Shown one piece after another: positions 58,783-64,000 of a stretch of DNA of 64,000 bases. Each line of letters opens with the position of its first letter. Position 1 is the stretch's first letter. The translations under genes were made by a program, and so were the position numbers. Below the pieces are notes generated by a model, which saw only the letters and a list, made by a program, of their open reading frames with translations, searched no databases and was not told where the DNA came from. Source of the DNA: Entomortierella parvispora E1425 (Eukaryota; Fungi; Mortierellomycota); assembly GCA_020891255.1 (NCBI GenBank), contig BQFW01000004.1, forward strand, positions 1,798,001 through 1,862,000. The letters are read 5' to 3'.

Positions 58783-59598
58783 AATGAAGGCTATGAGGAT
58801 GGAAGGCTGGAAGGATGTGAACTCGGCTGCACTCGAGGGAGAACAAGAGGAATTGAATTCTCAAGATGGCATCAGCAGCGCACTTCTGAAGTTCTGAGAA
58901 TGAGGATACTTCAGATATCACGTGATCCGATCTGCCGGTGTCCAATTGATCGCGAACAAGGTGAGGAATGATGCTGACAAAGTCTGTGCATCAGCGCGAT
59001 GAGGCGTGATGAACGAGCGACGAGAGAAAGAGGGAAGGACGAAACATAGAAGAAAGAATGACAACATGAGTCCCGTAGAGGAGATGAATGGAGAGTGAAG
59101 GTGGTCCAGCAAACCCTCCTTCTGGAGAAAGGATCAGCCGCTGACCAAGACGACCAAGACACGGTCGCTGTTCTCTTTACGAGAGGGAGATGAAAGAAAG
59201 TTGCGCCGATGCATGGCCATCAGCCGAATCTCAATCACCCCACCCCATCCACATCGCAACTCAGCCTCGGCTCCTCTGTGCTCTCTGCTACCCCATCGCC
59301 TGCATCGGTGCCGATCGCGATCGGCGACCAATTCTCTTGAATAATCTCCAATTGGTCATTTCAAGGTTTCCAAGGCTCTGTTTCTGTGCCTCTGTTTCTG
59401 TCGTTTTGACATTTCTTTCCTTTCTCTCTCTTTCCCCTTCTTTTTTTCATCCTCATCCAGCTCCTCATTCCATTCCCTTGCCCCTATCATCGATAATAAC
59501 CGACCTCTGGCCGCCCATCTCGACTCAAAGAAGATAGACGTTGCCATCACATACCCCACACTTACACCACTGAGCAACAGTTCACGTCTTCAACCATC

Positions 59599-60396
59599 AT
59601 GGACTTGCTCAATTCTCCACACATCCCGCCATCACTGATCGGCGCTCTCACAGTCTATCCTCTACTTTTCGGTACCCTTGGAAGGATGCCAGCCATCAGG
59701 GCGATTCTGCCTCCTAAAGCCGATACCCAGAAGCAGTACCATCTTTGTAACAAGATCGTTGCCTCCGTTCACTCGACCATCATGACCATCTCTGGATTGT
59801 ACCTCCTTCTGTCTGTGGATTGGACCAAGAACGACATCTCGACGTACAAGACAGCCATGACCCCCTTCCTCGTTGGTCTCGAGCTCGGCTACTTGACCCA
59901 AGACACCGCCTTTGAGTTTTACCAGCGAGCGCAGTTTGGAGTGGGCAGCAACTTGATTCTCTTTCACCATGTGGCTGTTATCCTCGGATCTGTCTACTAT
60001 CTGTATGCGCTCACCCTCACCAACCCCGGACCTTACTTTATCGGCATGCTCTCGCTCATGAACATGAGCACCCCGATCCTCCACTTCCGCTGGGTATTAC
60101 AGAGCAGAGGAAGGACCTTTGTCAACTCAAAGTTGAAGCGGTTTATCGATACAGCATTGATGGTCACCTATTTTTGGTGCCGCATCTTTGGCAACTGGTG
60201 GATGGGTGTGGCGATTGGAGCCAAGCTGGGCATGTCCTGGTATGAAGCTCCCATGCACATTGGCAAGAAGTTCACCATTACCACCACAACTATGTTTTTC
60301 ATGAATGTTGTATGGTGGTTGATCCTTGCCAAGCAGTGGGTCAAATCCGTCAAGGGCTTTTACTTCTCCAAGCACTCTGCCAAGAAATCAGAATAG
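59599..60396 (+). CDS. TLC (TRAM/LAG1/CLN8) domain membrane protein, TMEM56/TLCD-like (intronless, 265 aa)
   Basis: KIVASVHST, LGYLTQDT, LILFHHVAV, MSTPILHFRW and TYFWCRI; C-terminal MNVVWWLILAK and a KKSE ER-retrieval-like end. Confidence 0.85.
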   Translation: MDLLNSPHIPPSLIGALTVYPLLFGTLGRMPAIRAILPPKADTQKQYHLCNKIVASVHSTIMTISGLYLLLSVDWTKNDISTYKTAMTPFLVGLELGYLTQDTAFEFYQRAQFGVGSNLILFHHVAVILGSVYYLYALTLTNPGPYFIGMLSLMNMSTPILHFRWVLQSRGRTFVNSKLKRFIDTALMVTYFWCRIFGNWWMGVAIGAKLGMSWYEAPMHIGKKFTITTTTMFFMNVVWWLILAKQWVKSVKGFYFSKHSAKKSE

Positions 60397-60889
60397 AAAA
60401 GGCTGTCAGTCGCCTCACGCCTCCCCTTTGTTTTTCAACTCATCCCTCCTCCTCCTCCTCCTCCCCCTCGTAATCTTTCCCTTTCTTTTTCTGCCAATAA
60501 ACCTGTAGATTTTTCAGATGAAGTCATACTTGCCAATCTTTTTGAATTTGTTATGACCTTTTTCATGGTAGCTTCGCCCAGTAGTGTTACTCGGACTTGT
60601 ATTCCACCGCACGGGTGCTTGCTCCCAACTACTCTAACCATGGGGGCTAATAGGCTCCAAGACGGATCAGAATGACTGACTAAAGAGCAAATGGACAAGG
60701 ATAGAAACAGGAGCGGTATTCCAGTTTAGTTACTGGTGGCATCAGAGGGCTTTACTGATGAACGAGCTAGAAAAAGGTTGGAAGCATGTCTTTGACGCCC
60801 ATCGCCCTCTCTTTCTTTCCAGCTATCCTTCATTTCTTTTCCCTTACTCCTTACTACCTCCCACCTGCAATCTTGACCTCAACACAAGC

Positions 60890-61902
60890 ATGCCTGGTTC
60901 CTTGTCGCCCAAGCAATGGTGTCCTTCCAAGGGTAGTGGTTTGCTGTTTGTAACTATGCTCTTGGCCACAGCTCTTACTGCTATCGACGCGCACATTTCG
61001 ATGATCTATCCTCTACCGAGAGGTCACCCTTTCAATCCAAACACGTAACAGATTTCTCAATTCAAAGTCCCGGAAGCCGCGCGTTCCCTGATGTTACGTC
61101 GACACTCGACTCATGTTATTCTCTGTACGAACAATAGAGGATTTGTCGATTACAATTGCCGGGATGCCCCTCTATACGATGGCTGTGGTGGTGGTGTGGG
61201 AAAAACGTTCCCTTGTGGAGGGTATCCACCTGATACCAAAGTTGTTCAATCGTTCAACGCAGGGGAAGTTATCAATGTTCGGTTTGGAAACGCGCAATAT
61301 GGATCTCCTGGTCAGCCGGAGCTCACTCCTTCGTCCAACCAAGCGCGACATGCTGGTGGACTGTGTGAGTTCAGCCTGAGCTATGACCAAGGAAGAACCT
61401 TTGGCGTTTTTGCAAGATACCACGGATCCTGTCCTGATATGTTTTACGACTGGCCAGTCCGTCTTCCCGCCAACCTCCCGTCCTGTGAGAGTTGTATCTT
61501 TGGTAAGGAAAACAAAGTGGTGACGATTGGCTCTCTTGTTGTCTCAACTCCCTGTAAAAAAATTAGTTGGCGCTAACACAGTTGCCTACTCATGTCCTAG
61601 GCTGGAGCTGGATCAACGCTGCAGCAACACAGGCAGAGTTCTACATGGGTTGCGCAGATATCAAGATTGTTGGTGCGAGTGGCAATGGTGGAGTACTGCC
61701 TCCGGAGATCGCAAACGTCCCCTTGAGGCAGGCCAACATGCCTGGCTATCCTTACTATCACGCTAGTGGAGACCAGTTTGGAAACACGAGGAGCAATGGA
61801 CCCAGCGCAGAAGAAGTTGATGTCAACATGAAGAGTCTTACAGGTGGGCCTGACAATACGTTCCAACCCCGTTACAAACGAAAGCGAAGTGCTCGAAACT
61901 AG
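60890..61902 (+). CDS. Second secreted histidine-brace AA11-like LPMO (3 exons: 60890-61044, 61138-61502, 61601-61902; 273 aa)
   Basis: AIDA|HISMIYPLPRG, FPCGGY, RHAGGLCEFSLSYD, SCPD, WPVRLP, GWSWIN and EFYMGCAD. Exons sum to 822 nt, in frame. Confidence 0.8.
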
Positions 61903-62083
61903 TTTTTTATTCAAGAAATATTAAACGATATACACGTGATTCCTGAAACATTGTATAGTTTCTATTCCATATTTTATTGACAGAAAACAAAAAACAAAAA
62001 AAAAAATGCATTCCTCATCCATGCTTAGCTTTGATCCGCACCATCATTCGGCCACTCCATTATTTCCACAGCCATCACCAACC

Positions 62084-62767
62084 ATGTCATTATCAATATC
62101 AGATACAGCTGCGAACGTCGCTACTTCTTGTTTGTCCCCTAAAGCTGACGCTGCTACCGCTGACACAGACTCCAATATCACCACAGTAGCTTCGCTGCGC
62201 CCAGAAGAGATCGAGTATTTCAAGAAACATTACCCAGACTATGACGAAGAAGAGTCCGAGTTCCCGCTTTGGATCGATGGGGTCGACACTACCTACGCTC
62301 CTTTTATCCCAACATCGACTCGCCGTGTCCTTGTAGCCCTGGAGATGGCCCATATAAACTCTACGGATCGAGTACTGGACGTTGGATCAGGGGATGGCCG
62401 CTTTTGTTACGCAGCCGTGTCATTTTTCGGCGCCCAAAAGGCCATTGGTATCGAATACGAGCAGGATCTGGTTGACAAGTCAACAGAATTAGCCCAGGGT
62501 TTGGTCAACGAAGGAAAGATTACATTCTTGCAAGCGGATCTGACCAACTGGCGGGAATCATCCACGATGTTGTCCAAGGAGTGGACCGTGATCATTGTCT
62601 TTCTCTCACCAGAGGGTGGCTCCGATATGGAAGAATGGTTGATTCAGGAGTTTGAGCGCGGTGTAAGGATTGTGGCTTTGGTGTTTGATCTCAAGCATCT
62701 GAAAGGCTTGCATTGTAGTGTAGAGGATTCCCAAGAAGGAATATGGATCTATGAGAAAAAGCCGTAG
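62084..62767 (+). CDS. Class I SAM-dependent methyltransferase, FAM173/ATPSCKMT-like (intronless)
   Basis: APFIPTS, VLDVGSGDGRF, AIGIEYE and ITFLQADL. Confidence 0.8.
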   Translation: MSLSISDTAANVATSCLSPKADAATADTDSNITTVASLRPEEIEYFKKHYPDYDEEESEFPLWIDGVDTTYAPFIPTSTRRVLVALEMAHINSTDRVLDVGSGDGRFCYAAVSFFGAQKAIGIEYEQDLVDKSTELAQGLVNEGKITFLQADLTNWRESSTMLSKEWTVIIVFLSPEGGSDMEEWLIQEFERGVRIVALVFDLKHLKGLHCSVEDSQEGIWIYEKKP

Positions 62768-63444
62768 GCAACGCTAGTCCATGAAAGCACGAGTCTCCGG
62801 GTCAGCAGGCCACCAAAATTTCTTTGAGGAAGATCTCAAAGTCGACAGATAGACCATGGTAGCACACAACATAAAATGGCCAAGAAAACAGCAAACTCAA
62901 TTTTTGAGCAACGGGAGAACTCTTGCCTCTCATCCTTGAATCTGAAGGTTGTTCTGAGGCACCTTCCCTAGATCTACATCACATTTATCTGGCAAAAAGG
63001 ATGTTCTCTCTCTCTCCTTCTCTTTCTCTCTCTCCCAGCTCCCTCCTTTAGCTACGCAAGGATCGAATGTAGGGAATTCAAACATATCTCACGCCGTTTC
63101 CTTAGACCATATTTTTTCGACGCGTGGAAGAGAACTGTGGAAATGGACGAGCGGCGTTTTGAGGCCTTTTTTTTTATGCTTCAGCTCACAGGACCCAAAA
63201 TGAACAAGAAATGCAGCGATGCACGCGAGTTTGTTGCCCTGCCTTGCGAATAGAGCCATCCGTCAACCATGAATTGGTCCAACCTTCCTAGCCAAGAGAC
63301 GAATCGGGGATCACCCGGAAGTTAGACGGAGGGCGGCGCGGAACATGTGGGCCTTAAAAGGACATTGCACGTTCTGGAAAATAGCCACCCTTGTCTCTTC
63401 ATTCGCACCCATCCTCATTGCATCGTCGCATTCGCCAACTCGAC

Positions 63445-64000
63445 ATGAGCTCCTTTATTATCGAAACAGCTCTGGATTCAAGCAGCCCACATGAAATTCA
63501 TTTTATTGGACCAGCGAACGGTGAAGTCAAGCAGCAGGTGACGGGAAAGGTGAATCTTGTCGTCTTCAAACCAGTGCAGTTGAAACAGCTTTCTGTCGCG
63601 TTCTTGGGAGAAGGTAATCCAGCTCTCTTGCCCCCTCCTCCTCTCTACCTTCCTCTCACATACACACAACATTCTTGTAGACTGAGTGTTCAAGGCCACT
63701 GACTGTTATTTGCTTTGCAATTGCTCAGTCACCGTTGACTACCCCACCTTGGTTGTGGTAGCCAGGAGCGACCCTGTTCCAATTAGCAAAGTGGATTTCA
63801 ACGCCATTGATACACCCACTCAGTACAAACCAGGCACCTATTCCTACCCATTCACGTTATCTCTCCCCAGCGACTTGCCTACGACCGAGAGCGCGAAACT
63901 AAAGGATGGATCCATCTGCTGGAAGTACGAAATTCAAACGTGCGCTGTACCTACTGGATTATTTCTGCGCCGTAAAATGATTCGTGAAGAAGTGACACTG
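63445..64000 (+). CDS. Arrestin-fold (alpha-arrestin-like N-domain) protein, 3'-truncated by the window edge
   Basis: VTGKVNLVVFKPVQLKQLSVAFLGE, then after an intron YKPGTYSYPFTLSLPSDLPTT...ICWKYEI. Confidence 0.75.

Noticed and set aside
62939-62952. 14-nt match (AATCTGAAGGTTGT) to the tRNA-Lys, plus a nearby AATTTTTGAG Sm-like site
   Set aside because: Several 14-mer matches are expected by chance within 64 kb, and no cloverleaf or snRNA hallmark surrounds it.
1-64000. CRISPR arrays, rRNA genes, telomeric repeats, intact transposase/RT ORFs, bacterial HGT islands
   Set aside because: None seen: no regularly spaced direct repeats, no rRNA signatures, and most genes carry spliceosomal introns.

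Overview
Gene-dense, intron-containing fungal genomic DNA with GT-AG introns of mostly 80-180 nt. The gene families (intronless F-box/LRR genes, a UbiH-type FAD monooxygenase, AA11-like secreted proteins) suggest an early-diverging fungus, probably Mortierellaceae; this is inference, not a database result. About 25 protein-coding genes and one tRNA-Lys(CTT) can be supported. Conserved genes: NOL1/NOP2/Sun methyltransferase, divergent FTR1-FET3 iron-uptake pair, SF3B2, divergent DPB4-SLD5, USP12/46(CreB)-type deubiquitinase, Chs4/Skt5 SEL1 protein, PLPBP/YggS, TIM23, PEX10, GCP3/SPC98, stomatin-like SLP2, RPB9 (absent from the ORF track because all exons are short), a TLC-domain protein, a FAM173-like methyltransferase and a partial arrestin-fold gene. 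Most notable observations: (1) a frameshifted, stop-interrupted remnant of a TnpB/Fanzor-type RuvC nuclease at the left edge; (2) a ~1016-aa protein whose N-terminal helix and C-terminal beta-propeller resemble animal PALB2; (3) an unusual PAM2-motif plus Alba-fold protein; (4) two histidine-brace AA11-like LPMO paralogues that differ at the second-sphere residue (Gln vs Glu); (5) six perfect ATCTGATAA boxes in the FTR1/FET3 bidirectional promoter; (6) a nested foldback element inside a decayed coding tract; (7) a 14-nt microexon carrying the USP catalytic Cys codon; (8) a one-base frameshift in SLP2. All family calls come from motif recognition by eye; no searches were run.
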